In this document: in pieces, positions 16,348 to 28,213 of the stretch
Position numbering within the stretch: the first letter of the stretch is position 1
Layout: every line of letters begins with the position of its first letter
Source: Bacteroidales bacterium
GTDB taxonomy: Bacteria; Bacteroidota; Bacteroidia; Bacteroidales; JAQUTK01
Direction: 5' to 3'
DNA: 64,000 nucleotides
Assembly: GCA_963677415.2 (NCBI GenBank)
Contig: CAXXFJ010000034.1
Coordinates: 22,146-86,145 of the forward strand
Made by a program: the position numbers and the translations under genes
Notes under the pieces: generated by a model
The model's database searches: none
What the model saw: only the letters and a program-made list of their open reading frames with translations
What the model was told of the DNA's origin: nothing

Positions 16348-18732
16348 CTAAAACTCGAAAGTAAGTCCGATGGTGGGCAGGAGCGTTCCGCTATCTCTCT
16401 TCAGACTTTTCATGAGATAACGTGTTTTGTCTGACGGGTTGAGACTACCGGTGCTCATGACCACATCTTGCTCATGGAGTGTACTGTTTGTGACATTTTG
16501 GATGTCGAGATAGATGCCCAGCATGTAGCGGCTGCGGATATAAAAGGTCTTGTCAACACGGAGGTCCAACTGTCCGAAAGCATTGAGTCGACGGGTGTTA
16601 AACTTGCTGTAATCAAAGTAGGGGCGTCCTTGCACATCCCATGCGGTAATGAGGGACGATTTGTCCAAGTCATAGGGAGTATAGGGGGCTCCGCCTATCA
16701 GACTGTATTTCAACCCCAGACTCCAGTGGTGGGAGAAGTTGTAGGTGCCTCGTACATTGAAGATGTAACGGTTATCCCAGGAGGAAACGATGTAGGGATC
16801 TCTCGCACTGTTTCTGTATTCGCTCTTGAAGAGGGTGAATGAGGAGGAGAACATGAGCTTTTCGGGTATGCGCCATTCTGCGAGCAGTTCGAATCCGTAG
16901 GAGCGACCTTCAGCTCCGGATGTGAGTGCTTCATTGCCGATGACTCCATAATCGTTGCCTTTGCAGGTGAGGGGGATGCTGTCACTCAGGGAAACGGGTA
17001 TATTGTCATATTTCTTGTAAAAAAGTTCGGCGGTGAGTTCGATACGCTTACCGAGAGAATAGGTGAGTCCGGTACTGATCTGATCGGAAAGCATGTAGTG
17101 CAAAACGGACTTGTTGATGAACTGACCACCCGATTTGAAGCCCATGGCTGTGGAAGGCGGCAACTGATAATAGTGGCCAAGGGCTCCACTCCAGTAGAGG
17201 TTTTCGACCAGACGGTAGGAAAGCGAGAAACGGGGAGAAAACTGCTCCAACGGGTTGCGCATATTGTCGGAGTAATCGGCGCCATCAAGTCGTACACTTG
17301 CAGTGGCAATAAACTGTTCGTCCGGTGCTTCATAGGTGGCTCTTGAGAAGAGTCCCCAACGCAGGAAACCGAAGCTCGTCCGGTAGTTGATCTCTTGGAT
17401 AGCTTGCTTGAGAAAGAGTTTCTGAAAGGTGTTATTGCTGTATTGGGAGTAGTTCAGACTGACACCGCTGTTAAACTCCCAGTTGCCGGCGACGTAGAGC
17501 TCTTCAAAGCGCAGACGAGTATCTTGTTCTGTGGAACCGAGGCGAAGCGTCAGACTGTCCGGATAGGTGTCAGCATTGTTCATGTATTTCGTGTTATTAT
17601 TATTGAGAAAGTTGTGGCTCACCACGACTGTTTGCACATGTGCACCTGCATAATGTTTGTACACGGCTCCCAGGGTGAATGTCTTTTGTGTGATGTGGGG
17701 CAGAAAGCCAACAATATATTCCGCGTCTTCGTCCTTGGGTGAATCACTGATATTCATGTCGTCAATGCCTCCCAATCCTAAGAGGGTCAGTTCGTGATGC
17801 TCCGAAAAGCGACGTTTGACTTTAAACTGTGCATCGGTGAAGGTAGGCAAAAAGGGAAGGCCTAATGCCTTGAAGAGAAATTCCAGATAGCTACGGCGCA
17901 CAGAGACGAGGTAGGTGGTCTTGTCATCGATGGACCCGTTGGCCGCCAACGATAGTTCGGAGGCACCGACTGTGGCTTTGAAGGATTGCTTCTGAGGGTT
18001 GCCGTCGCGCAGACTGATGTCCATCACCGAACTGAGCGCATTGCCTCTGTTGGAAGGAAAGGCGCTGGTGAAGAAGTTGACTTCACGGATAAGGTCGGCG
18101 TTGATCAGTCCAACAGGACCTCCCGAAGCTCCTTGCGTGCTGAAATGATTGATGTTGGGAATCTCCACACCATCCATGTAAAAGCGATTTTCCGACGGAC
18201 CACCACCGCGTACGATCAGATCGTTACGGTAGCTGGTGGGAGAGAAGGCGACACCGGGATACGACTGTACGATGCGGGAGATGTCGCGATTGGCTCCGGG
18301 ACTTTTCTCTATCTCCTGCAATCCAATGGTACGCACGCCTACTGGACTCTCAGCGATCAGAAAGCTGGCGGGTACTGAGACAAGGATCTCACCCAACTGA
18401 AGGGTGTTTTCTTCGAGTTCGATATTGACGTAGAGGTCGTGTGCCGTGAGAATATATTCGGGTGTGATCAGGCTCTTATATCCCAGACTGGCTGCTTGCA
18501 GACGGTGTATGCCCGAGGGTACGCGAGAAATCGTAAAGTTACCCGCAGAGTCGGTATAGGCTCCTTGTGTCTTGCCATATACATTGACACTGATGAAAGA
18601 GAGAGGGTCGCGGGTAGTCTTGTCTATGACTTTTCCACGAATGGAATAGGTGGTTTGTGCAGGACTGCTGCAGATTGAAAAAAGCGAGAAAAGCAGGGTG
18701 AATAGAAGCAGCAAGTACTCTCTTTTTTTCAT
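16348..18732 (-). CDS. TonB-dependent receptor with N-terminal carboxypeptidase-regulatory-like domain (794 aa)
   Basis: Signal peptide, then a CarboxypepD_reg-like segment (YSIRGKVIDKTTRDPLSFISVNVYG), a plug region, and a beta-barrel ending in the aromatic terminus ...GLTFEF. Confidence 0.9.
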   Translation of the reverse strand: MKKREYLLLLFTLLFSLFSICSSPAQTTYSIRGKVIDKTTRDPLSFISVNVYGKTQGAYTDSAGNFTISRVPSGIHRLQAASLGYKSLITPEYILTAHDLYVNIELEENTLQLGEILVSVPASFLIAESPVGVRTIGLQEIEKSPGANRDISRIVQSYPGVAFSPTSYRNDLIVRGGGPSENRFYMDGVEIPNINHFSTQGASGGPVGLINADLIREVNFFTSAFPSNRGNALSSVMDISLRDGNPQKQSFKATVGASELSLAANGSIDDKTTYLVSVRRSYLEFLFKALGLPFLPTFTDAQFKVKRRFSEHHELTLLGLGGIDDMNISDSPKDEDAEYIVGFLPHITQKTFTLGAVYKHYAGAHVQTVVVSHNFLNNNNTKYMNNADTYPDSLTLRLGSTEQDTRLRFEELYVAGNWEFNSGVSLNYSQYSNNTFQKLFLKQAIQEINYRTSFGFLRWGLFSRATYEAPDEQFIATASVRLDGADYSDNMRNPLEQFSPRFSLSYRLVENLYWSGALGHYYQLPPSTAMGFKSGGQFINKSVLHYMLSDQISTGLTYSLGKRIELTAELFYKKYDNIPVSLSDSIPLTCKGNDYGVIGNEALTSGAEGRSYGFELLAEWRIPEKLMFSSSFTLFKSEYRNSARDPYIVSSWDNRYIFNVRGTYNFSHHWSLGLKYSLIGGAPYTPYDLDKSSLITAWDVQGRPYFDYSKFNTRRLNAFGQLDLRVDKTFYIRSRYMLGIYLDIQNVTNSTLHEQDVVMSTGSLNPSDKTRYLMKSLKRDSGTLLPTIGLTFEF

Positions 18733-18798
18733 AAATAGTTTTAGTCTTAATAATGTGTGTTAAGATGCAGAATAATTATGTATTCAATAAAGAATTAG

Positions 18799-18806
18799 TA
18801 TATTTG
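18799..18806 (+). promoter_or_regulatory. -7 promoter box TATATTTG for the PHP-domain gene
   Basis: Exact TAnnTTTG match 36 nt upstream of the ATG at 18842. It forms the left half of an 11-bp perfect palindrome. Confidence 0.45.
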
Positions 18807-18819
18807 CATCTGATCCATG

Positions 18820-18827
18820 CAAATATA
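18820..18827 (-). promoter_or_regulatory. -7 promoter box (TATATTTG on the minus strand), candidate promoter for the TonB-dependent receptor
   Basis: The plus strand reads CAAATATA. It is the right half of the palindrome TATATTTGCAT-N7-ATGCAAATATA and lies ~90 nt upstream of the ATG at 18732. Confidence 0.4.
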
Positions 18828-18841
18828 CTAATTCTCCGGAT

Positions 18842-19837
18842 ATGAAAAAGTATCTTCCTCTATTTCTGATTGTTCTTCTTTCTTTATTTGCCTGCGAGAA
18901 GAGCGATGATCAGGATCTTCTGATCAGCCGTTCAATTATCGAGATGGCTACTGATGAGGATATAACCAATACAGCTGTGCCTCCTTCCGGATTTTACAAC
19001 CCATACAGTTATGCCGGTGCCGTGAGATTGAAAGGTCAGATGCATTGCCACACTACTAATTCTGATGGATATTATTCACCTTCTCAGTTGGCCACTTTAT
19101 TTAAAGAGGCTGGCTATGATTTTTTTACCATCACTGATCATGATTATATCACCACGGAACCGCAAGGCAACGAACTGATCTGGTTATGCAATTCGTATGA
19201 GAGTACGCAGGCGACACATCTGTGTGTATATAATGCGGGCAGCGTGCTCAAAGGGGTGCTTTCCATCAAAGATGTGATCGACTACCAGGTGTATAAGAGA
19301 AGCGCTGTGGTTGGACTGGCACATCCGGACTGGTTTAGACATCGGGTGGGAGCAGACGACCTGATACATACTTGTAAAGGCTCTTCTTTTGTAGAAGTAT
19401 GGAATGGCACTATGATCACCTCGCTGGGGGAAAACACCCCCAGAGCGTGGGATATCATGCTTTCCAATAATCTGCGTGTGCTTGGTTTGGCAGTGGATGA
19501 TCTGCATGCAGCAGGAGATCTGAAGAAAGGATGGGTGGAGGTGCTATCAATGAGCCGGAGCCGCGATGATATTATGTTTGCACTGCTTAAAGGTGCTTTC
19601 TATGCAACTAACGGCGCGACGATTGATGCAGTGGAGTACAGAAGAGATACTCTTACAATCCACACGGGTAGTCCGTCTGCGATTACCACTTTTTACGGTA
19701 CGAACGGAGTGCAGTTGGGTGATAAGATCGTTGGTGAGAATGCACAGTATGCGATCACGGGATTGGAGAAATATGTAAGAGCAGTCGTCAAAGAAAACGG
19801 AAAATATTGCTGGACACAACCGATTTTTCTGAAGTAA
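18842..19837 (+). CDS. PHP-domain (polymerase/histidinol phosphatase-like) metallo-phosphoesterase, lipoprotein
   Basis: Lipoprotein signal (LLSLFAC). PHP His motifs GQMHCHTTNSDG and FFTITDHDY are present. Confidence 0.8.
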   Translation: MKKYLPLFLIVLLSLFACEKSDDQDLLISRSIIEMATDEDITNTAVPPSGFYNPYSYAGAVRLKGQMHCHTTNSDGYYSPSQLATLFKEAGYDFFTITDHDYITTEPQGNELIWLCNSYESTQATHLCVYNAGSVLKGVLSIKDVIDYQVYKRSAVVGLAHPDWFRHRVGADDLIHTCKGSSFVEVWNGTMITSLGENTPRAWDIMLSNNLRVLGLAVDDLHAAGDLKKGWVEVLSMSRSRDDIMFALLKGAFYATNGATIDAVEYRRDTLTIHTGSPSAITTFYGTNGVQLGDKIVGENAQYAITGLEKYVRAVVKENGKYCWTQPIFLK

Positions 19838-20028
19838 TTAATTGTTTCTGTCTTTCTTGAAAAGTTATTTTTTGTTTGTAGCATTGGTTGTTGAAGCAAC
19901 TGGTCTGTAGTAAGTTATAACAAGTAAAAATGGCATAGGGAGTATTCTGGGTGAGGTCCCAGGATTGCTTAGTCTCCTTTGCTATGTAAAGAAATGATTA
20001 GGAACTAAGTTTTTTCCATTATTTTGTG

Positions 20029-20036
20029 TACTTTTG
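20029..20036 (+). promoter_or_regulatory. -7 promoter box TACTTTTG for the ATP synthase operon
   Basis: Exact TAnnTTTG match 36 nt upstream of the atpD ATG. Confidence 0.5.
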
Positions 20037-20068
20037 CACTCAATAAAAATAGGTATATAATACAATAG

Positions 20069-21604
<1,536 letters not shown>

Positions 21605-21610
21605 AATAGC

Positions 21611-21850
21611 ATGAAACTACGGATATATACTCCAGAGAAGATCGTGTATGATGGTGATAATGATATCGTTAAGATACCAGGTATAAAGGGATCGTTTACC
21701 GTGCTGAAAAATCACGCACCTCTGATTTCTTCCATCACTAATGGAGTAATCCTGTATAAAGTGGCTGACACTGAAGTAATGCTCGCAGTAAAAAGCGGCT
21801 TTATCGAAGTGAAGGATAATGTGATTACCGTGTGTGTTGAACTGAAATAA
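21611..21850 (+). CDS. atpC: F1 ATP synthase subunit epsilon (short form, 79 aa)
   Basis: Position immediately after atpD. The N-terminal beta-sandwich sequence (LRIYTPEKIVYDGD...) is present and the C-terminal helical hairpin is absent. Confidence 0.85.
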   Translation: MKLRIYTPEKIVYDGDNDIVKIPGIKGSFTVLKNHAPLISSITNGVILYKVADTEVMLAVKSGFIEVKDNVITVCVELK

Positions 21851-21862
21851 GAGAAGAAAGCT

Positions 21863-22264
21863 ATGAAAAGATTGAAGAAATTATTTGATTGGGAATTGAC
21901 TCTTTGGTTTGGTAGTGTGGGAATCTTATTTGGCTTGTTTCTGTATTATGTAACTCCCGACTATTATTTCCCGGAATATCCAACCATCCCTGTATTTTAC
22001 TATGTATTGGGACTGTTTACAGTGAATACGCTCGAACACAGCAAGCCTTCAAGTGAAATATCGATTGTCAACCGGTATATGCTGATGAGAGGTCTCAAGA
22101 TGGTCCTCACGTTACTTTTCGTAGGATGCAGTTTGTTTTTTATGAAACAGAAACGCATGTGCTTTTTGCTTACGGTGATGGTTTATTATTTTATCTATCT
22201 CATCATGGAGACCTATTTCTTTTACAGGTACGAGAAGAGACTTAAGAATAAGGAAGATATATGA
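21863..22264 (+). CDS. Small 4-TM membrane protein in the atpI/atpZ position
   Basis: 133 aa with four hydrophobic segments. Its stop overlaps the atpB start (ATGA). The function is inferred from position only. Confidence 0.6.
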   Translation: MKRLKKLFDWELTLWFGSVGILFGLFLYYVTPDYYFPEYPTIPVFYYVLGLFTVNTLEHSKPSSEISIVNRYMLMRGLKMVLTLLFVGCSLFFMKQKRMCFLLTVMVYYFIYLIMETYFFYRYEKRLKNKEDI

Positions 22265-23349
22265 GAAAAGATTTATCTGAACTATTTGTGCGATTGTTGC
22301 TGGTTGCTTGTCTTTTCTTGCTGACTATTGCGCCTCTAAGAGCTCAGGAAGCTCCAAAAGGGAAAGTGGATGTAAAAGAAATTGTATTTGGGCATATATT
22401 CGATTCATATGAATGGCATATAACCCAGTGGGGAGATCATCCTGTAGCTATACCCCTTCCTGTCATCCTAAATAGTAAAATGAGCGGATGGCATATCTTC
22501 CTCTCATCTAAATTACATAACAATAATAAATACGAAGGCTTTTATATCGCCTCTGTAGGTGATCATAAAGGTATGATTGTAGAGAAGAATGCTTCTGGAG
22601 AAGAGATAAGACCCTTGGATCTTTCTATTACAAAGAATGCTTTTTCATTAATGATTACCAGTGTACTACTTGTGGTTCTGATGCTTTCTGTGACTCGTTT
22701 TTATAAAAAGAATACGTACAAAAAGGCTCCTGGTGGATTTGCAGGGATGATAGAGGTGGTTATCATGACAATTCATGATGATGTGGTAATTAAATGTGTA
22801 GGCAAAGACTATAAACGATATGCACCGTATCTCTTGACTGTATTTTTCTTTGTTCTGATCAACAATTTGATGGGTCTTATTCCTGTTTTTCCAGGAGGGG
22901 CTAATGTGACGGGGAATATTGCTATTACCGTAGTGCTTGCACTCTGTACATTTGTGGTCGTAAATGTGTTTGGAACAAAAGAATATTGGAAAGAGATTTT
23001 GTGGCCTGATGTTCCTATATGGATGAAACTACCAATTCCGATGATGCCTGTGCTGGAGTTGGTTGGGATTTTTACCAAGCCGTTTGCATTGACTATCCGT
23101 TTGATGGCCAATATAATGGCGGGGCATGCTGCAGTGCTTGGTCTTACTAGTCTGGTGTTTGTGACGGTAAGTATGGGCCCGGCAATTAATACGACGATGA
23201 CAGTAGGTTCAGTATTGTTTTGCTTGTTTATGAACTGTATCGAACTGCTGGTTGCCTTTATTCAAGCGTATGTGTTTACGATGTTATCGGCAGTGTTTAT
23301 TGGTTTGTCAAGGGTGGAACATCCGCATAAAGAGAAAACTGTTGAATAA
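22261..23349 (+). CDS. atpB: Fo ATP synthase subunit a
   Basis: Contains the conserved Arg helix (LTIRLMANIMAGH) and multiple TM helices, plus a long N-terminal periplasmic extension with a signal-like start. Confidence 0.93.
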   Translation: MRKDLSELFVRLLLVACLFLLTIAPLRAQEAPKGKVDVKEIVFGHIFDSYEWHITQWGDHPVAIPLPVILNSKMSGWHIFLSSKLHNNNKYEGFYIASVGDHKGMIVEKNASGEEIRPLDLSITKNAFSLMITSVLLVVLMLSVTRFYKKNTYKKAPGGFAGMIEVVIMTIHDDVVIKCVGKDYKRYAPYLLTVFFFVLINNLMGLIPVFPGGANVTGNIAITVVLALCTFVVVNVFGTKEYWKEILWPDVPIWMKLPIPMMPVLELVGIFTKPFALTIRLMANIMAGHAAVLGLTSLVFVTVSMGPAINTTMTVGSVLFCLFMNCIELLVAFIQAYVFTMLSAVFIGLSRVEHPHKEKTVE

Positions 23350-23363
23350 ATTATAACTTTTAA

Positions 23364-23705
<342 letters not shown>

Positions 23706-23715
23706 TATCTGAGAT

Positions 23716-24222
23716 ATGTCATTATTACTACCTGAAACAGGTCTTTTGTTTTGGATGCTGCTTTCTTTTGGAGGCGTCTTCTTTGTATTGGCCAAGTATG
23801 CTTTTCCTATCATTCTCAAGATGGTGGAAGAGCGGAAGCTGTACATTGATAACTCTCTCAAACTGGCAGACGAGACAAATGCGCAACTGGTAATCCTGAA
23901 AGAGGAAGGTGAGAAGATCATCGCCAAAGCCAGGGAAGAACAGGTAACTATTCTTAATGATGCACTGGGTGTGAAAGAACAGATTATCAATGAAGCCCGG
24001 AATGAAGCGAAAGCAGAGGCTGCTAAGCAGCTTGAAGTGGTGAGAAAGCAGATAAGGAAGGAACAGGCGGAAGCAATCTTAGAGGTTAGAAGCCAAGTTG
24101 CTATACTTGCAGTGGATATTGCAGAAAAGGTGATTCGTATGCAACTCAACGATAAGAAGAATCAGTTGGATATGATCAATCGATTGATAGATGAGGGCGA
24201 TAAAATGACGACGGTACAATGA
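23716..24222 (+). CDS. atpF: Fo ATP synthase subunit b
   Basis: A single N-terminal TM helix followed by a long charged coiled coil. The position is between atpE and atpH. Confidence 0.9.
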   Translation: MSLLLPETGLLFWMLLSFGGVFFVLAKYAFPIILKMVEERKLYIDNSLKLADETNAQLVILKEEGEKIIAKAREEQVTILNDALGVKEQIINEARNEAKAEAAKQLEVVRKQIRKEQAEAILEVRSQVAILAVDIAEKVIRMQLNDKKNQLDMINRLIDEGDKMTTVQ

Positions 24223-24767
24223 TTACAGCAGGTATATCTTCCCGCTATGCGAAGGCACTGGTCAGCTTTGCTCGCGAAGAAAAACAGCAAGAGTGTGTTT
24301 ACAAGGAAATGGCTCGGTTTGGTAAAAGCATTTTAGAAGTACCAGACTTGTTCAAAGCGTTGGATAATCCTGCTCTTTTGCGCAATCAGAAAGAAAGTCT
24401 GATAATTACTGCTTGCGGAGGTAATGTAAGTGATGTGACTCTTCGTTTTATTCGTCTGGTACTTCAAAAGAAGAGGGAACAATATCTTGACCGTATGGCG
24501 ATGAAATATATTGATCTTTATCGTAAAGAGAACCAGATCATGATTGCCGAACTAGTCACCGCGGATTCTGCCAATGAAGAAGTTGAACAGCGGATGAGAG
24601 ATATTATTAAGAAGTACAGACCTGTGACAGTAGAGTTTAGTACCAGATTAGATCCTTCTGTTATCGGTGGATTTATATTGTATATTGGTACTTATAGAGT
24701 GGATGCAAGTATCAGTACCCAGTTGAAAGAGGTGAAAAATCAATTTCTTGTAGAAAATTCAAAGTAG
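24219..24767 (+). CDS. atpH: F1 ATP synthase subunit delta (OSCP)
   Basis: 182 aa with the OSCP-like start (SSRYAKALVSFA) and C-terminal GGFILYIG..R.DASI. It has a 4-nt overlap with atpF. Confidence 0.9.
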   Translation: MITAGISSRYAKALVSFAREEKQQECVYKEMARFGKSILEVPDLFKALDNPALLRNQKESLIITACGGNVSDVTLRFIRLVLQKKREQYLDRMAMKYIDLYRKENQIMIAELVTADSANEEVEQRMRDIIKKYRPVTVEFSTRLDPSVIGGFILYIGTYRVDASISTQLKEVKNQFLVENSK

Positions 24768-24788
24768 TAGAAAGAAATACGAAACAAT

Positions 24789-26369
24789 ATGTCTGAAAAT
24801 ATAAAACCAAGTGAAGTCTCTGATGTACTTTTCCAACAACTCAAAGGAATTACTACAAAGGTACAGTTTGATGAGGTTGGAACAGTGCTTCAGGTATCTG
24901 ATGGGGTGGCCCGAATATATGGTCTGAACCATGCTGAGGCGAATGAATTGCTGGAGTTTGATAATGGGATGAAGGCAGTCGTCATGAACCTCGAAGAGGA
25001 TAATGTGGGGGCTGTGCTGCTTGGTGCTACTGATTCTGTAAAAGAAGGGTATAACGTCAAACGGACAAAAGAGATTGCTTCTATCCATGTGGGTGAGAGT
25101 ATGCTCGGACGTGTTATAGATCCACTCGGCCGACCTATCGACGGGTTGGGTACGATCAAAGGGGAACTTTTTGAAATGCCTCTGGAACGGAAAGCTCCGG
25201 GTGTAATCTTCCGACAGCCGGTAAATGTGCCGTTGCAAACAGGATTGAAGGCTGTGGATGCCATGATCCCAATCGGACGGGGACAGCGCGAACTTATTAT
25301 AGGTGATCGCCAGACGGGTAAGACTTCCATTGCAGTGGATACGATTATCAATCAGAAAAGTAATTTTGAAGCAGGAGACCCTGTATATTGTATATATGTA
25401 GCGATTGGTCAGAAGGGTTCTACTGTAGCCAATATCGTAAATACATTGCGTGAGAAGGGGGCATTAGAATATACAGTGATCGTTGTGGCTACAGCTTCTG
25501 ATCCGGCAGCTATGCAGTATTTTGCTCCATTTGCTGGTGCCGCCATCGGTGAATTTTTCCGTGATACCGGCCGAAATGCATTGGTAGTTTATGATGACTT
25601 GTCCAAACAAGCCGTGGCTTATCGTGAGATATCTTTGATCCTTCGCCGTCCTTCAGGTCGTGAAGCATATCCGGGAGATATCTTCTACCTACACTCCAGA
25701 TTATTGGAGAGGGCTGCAAAGATTATCAACCAGCAGGAGGTGGCAATCATGATGAATGATCTTCCCTTGAGTTTGAAAGGGAAGGTAAAAGGGGGAGGTT
25801 CGCTGACTGCTTTACCAATCATTGAGACTCAGGCGGGTGATGTGTCAGCGTATATTCCAACAAACGTGATTTCTATTACGGACGGACAGATTTTCCTCGA
25901 TACGAACTTATTTAATCAAGGGAAACGTCCGGCTATTAATGTGGGTATTTCTGTGTCACGTGTGGGAGGTAATGCTCAGATAAAGTCTATGAAGAAGGTA
26001 GCAGGTACACTGAAGATTGACCAAGCTCAGTATCGCGAACTGGAGGCATTTACCAAATTTGGTGGCGATATGGATAATGTGACTGCTATGACTATTGACA
26101 AAGGACAAAAGAACACGCAGTTGTTGGTACAATTGCAGTATGCTCCGATGCCTGTCGAACAGCAGATAGCTGTCTTGTATTGCGGTACGCACGGACTGCT
26201 GCGTAATGTGCCTCTTGCTAAAGTACATACTTTTGAGAAAAGCTTTATTGCTACTTTGAAACAGAAATATAAGGTAGAAGTACTGGATGTGTTGAAGAAG
26301 GGTGTAATCAATGATGAGGTGACAACTATTCTGGAAGAAGTGGCTGCTGAGGTAGCTGCTGGAATCTGA
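24789..26369 (+). CDS. atpA: F1 ATP synthase subunit alpha
   Basis: Walker A motif GDRQTGKTS and full-length F1 alpha similarity. Confidence 0.98.
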   Translation: MSENIKPSEVSDVLFQQLKGITTKVQFDEVGTVLQVSDGVARIYGLNHAEANELLEFDNGMKAVVMNLEEDNVGAVLLGATDSVKEGYNVKRTKEIASIHVGESMLGRVIDPLGRPIDGLGTIKGELFEMPLERKAPGVIFRQPVNVPLQTGLKAVDAMIPIGRGQRELIIGDRQTGKTSIAVDTIINQKSNFEAGDPVYCIYVAIGQKGSTVANIVNTLREKGALEYTVIVVATASDPAAMQYFAPFAGAAIGEFFRDTGRNALVVYDDLSKQAVAYREISLILRRPSGREAYPGDIFYLHSRLLERAAKIINQQEVAIMMNDLPLSLKGKVKGGGSLTALPIIETQAGDVSAYIPTNVISITDGQIFLDTNLFNQGKRPAINVGISVSRVGGNAQIKSMKKVAGTLKIDQAQYRELEAFTKFGGDMDNVTAMTIDKGQKNTQLLVQLQYAPMPVEQQIAVLYCGTHGLLRNVPLAKVHTFEKSFIATLKQKYKVEVLDVLKKGVINDEVTTILEEVAAEVAAGI

Positions 26370-26385
26370 TAAATTGTAAGGAATA

Positions 26386-27258
26386 ATGGCTTCACTAAAA
26401 GAAATAAAGAGCAGGATTGAAACTGTCTCCAGTACACAGAAGATCACCAGTGCAATGAAGATGATTGCCTCTGCAAAATTGCATCGTGCGCAGGGAGCAA
26501 TTAAAAACATGATACCGTATGAGAAGAACATGAAAGATACGATGCTTCGCTTACTTTCATCTGAAGTGGAAGTTTCATCTCCATATTTGAGTGTACGTTC
26601 TGTGCAGCGTGTTGCCATTGTTGTATTTTCTTCTAATACGACTTTGTGTGGTGCATATAATTCAAATGTAGCCAAGGAACTGGAGCTGATAATTTCTTCT
26701 TATCAGGGAATTGAAAAAGATAACATTCTCATTTATCCGATCGGAAAGAAGATTGCCAAGGAGGTAGTAAAGTCAGGATTTACTCCACAAGGGGACTTTG
26801 AGAAACTGGCGAACAAGCCAGACTACAAAGTGGCTTCTGAGCTTGCTGAAAAACTAATGAGAATGTTTGCTGCTCGTGAGATTGACAAAGTGGAACTCCT
26901 GTATCATCATTTTATCTCTACGGGCAAACAAGAGCTATTTCATAGTACCTATCTTCCAATCAGCCTCGAAACAGAAAAGCTAGAAGAGAATGTAGTGCAG
27001 ACCGATTACATCATTGAACCGAATAAAAGAGAGTTGATTCAGGAAATGATTCCTAAGGTACTTTCCCTGAAAATATTTACTGCCCTGCTTAACTCTAACG
27101 CTTCTGAGCATGCGGCTCGTATGCTTGCAATGCAGACGGCGAGTGATAATGCACGTGACTTACTACACACGCTTACCGTGCAGTATAATAAATCTCGTCA
27201 ACAGGCGATCACCAATGAGTTGTTGGATATCGTCGGTGCTTCTATGCAACACAAATAG
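26386..27258 (+). CDS. atpG: F1 ATP synthase subunit gamma
   Basis: The N-terminal (MASLKEIKSRI.SV..TQKIT.AMKM.A.AKL) and C-terminal (ITNELLDIVGA) gamma helices are present. Confidence 0.95.
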   Translation: MASLKEIKSRIETVSSTQKITSAMKMIASAKLHRAQGAIKNMIPYEKNMKDTMLRLLSSEVEVSSPYLSVRSVQRVAIVVFSSNTTLCGAYNSNVAKELELIISSYQGIEKDNILIYPIGKKIAKEVVKSGFTPQGDFEKLANKPDYKVASELAEKLMRMFAAREIDKVELLYHHFISTGKQELFHSTYLPISLETEKLEENVVQTDYIIEPNKRELIQEMIPKVLSLKIFTALLNSNASEHAARMLAMQTASDNARDLLHTLTVQYNKSRQQAITNELLDIVGASMQHK

Positions 27259-27272
27259 TTAATCAAATATAT

Positions 27273-28145
27273 ATGACTGCATCTTCAGAATTTCTTAAGG
27301 AATTGCTTCGCTTTCAGAAAAATGAAATTACTGAAAGTGTTGTTTATTCCCGTTTAGCAGGTATTGAGAAGAATCCTGAAAACAAGAAAATCCTCTCTGA
27401 GATCTCAATTGATGAGGGAATGCATTATGAGATACTGAGAAACCAAACCGGCAAAGATGTGAAAGTGAATCATCGCAAGGTATTCATGTATTACTGGATG
27501 GCGCGTATCCTAGGCCTTACTTTTACTATTAAACTGATGGAATCGGGAGAAAAGTCCGCTCAAACTAACTACAAAGTATTTGAGGGGAATGAGGATATCC
27601 AGCGTCTAGCAGAAGAGGAACAGGTACATGAGCAAAGGTTGATTGGAATGATCAATGAGGAACGCTTGTCTTACATGAGTTCGGTTGTGCTTGGATTGAA
27701 TGATGCCCTTGTGGAATTTACGGGTGCTCTTGCTGGTTTTACTCTGGCATTGAACGATGCCAAACTTATTGCTTTGACGGGGAGTATTACAGGTATAGCT
27801 GCTGCACTCTCAATGGCATCTTCTGAGTATCTCTCAACTAAAACAGCTGGAACCGGCGAAAAACATCCGGTAAAGGCTGCCGTTTATACTGGTATCGCCT
27901 ATATTATTACAGTTATTTCTCTTGTTTCACCATTTATGTGGATCAGTAATGTATTGGTGGCTTTGGTAGCCATGCTTTGTATCGCAACGATTATCATTGC
28001 AATCTTTAATTATTATTATGCTGTGGCACGCGGTGAAAGTTTTCGGAGTCGTTTTACTGAAATGGCAATATTAAGTTTCAGCGTAGCGGGAGTGAGCTTC
28101 CTGATTGGATATCTCTTGAAGAAGTTTATTGGTATTGATGTTTAA
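27273..28145 (+). CDS. VIT1/CCC1-family iron/manganese transporter with N-terminal ferritin-like (rubrerythrin-type) domain
   Basis: The N-terminal four-helix region has E..H pairs (DEGMHYEIL, EEEQVHEQRL). The C-terminal part has VIT1-type TM helices (GLNDALVEFTGALAG...). Confidence 0.82.
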   Translation: MTASSEFLKELLRFQKNEITESVVYSRLAGIEKNPENKKILSEISIDEGMHYEILRNQTGKDVKVNHRKVFMYYWMARILGLTFTIKLMESGEKSAQTNYKVFEGNEDIQRLAEEEQVHEQRLIGMINEERLSYMSSVVLGLNDALVEFTGALAGFTLALNDAKLIALTGSITGIAAALSMASSEYLSTKTAGTGEKHPVKAAVYTGIAYIITVISLVSPFMWISNVLVALVAMLCIATIIIAIFNYYYAVARGESFRSRFTEMAILSFSVAGVSFLIGYLLKKFIGIDV

Positions 28146-28162
28146 ACAAAATAATACTAAAC

Positions 28163-28197
28163 AAAAAAGGCTGCTCTTAATCAAGCAGCCTTTTTTG
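28163..28197. terminator. Bidirectional rho-independent terminator
   Basis: The AAAAAAGGCTGCT / AGCAGCCTTTTTT stem-loop has A- and T-tracts on either side. It lies between convergent stops at 28145 (+) and 28214 (-). Confidence 0.8.
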
Positions 28198-28213
28198 TTT
28201 AATTCATTGATTC

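Noticed and set aside
16455-18678. Multiple 70-130-codon ORFs on both strands within the 794-aa TonB-dependent receptor gene
   Set aside because: All are nested in the receptor CDS, which has a continuous family-typical sequence from signal peptide to terminal Phe.
25956-26675. 239-codon minus-strand ORF (with others at 24759-25238, 24890-25351, 23700-24149 and 26027-26437) antisense to atp genes
   Set aside because: These lie entirely within strongly supported atpF/atpH/atpA/atpG coding sequence and have low-complexity translations. They are shadow ORFs.
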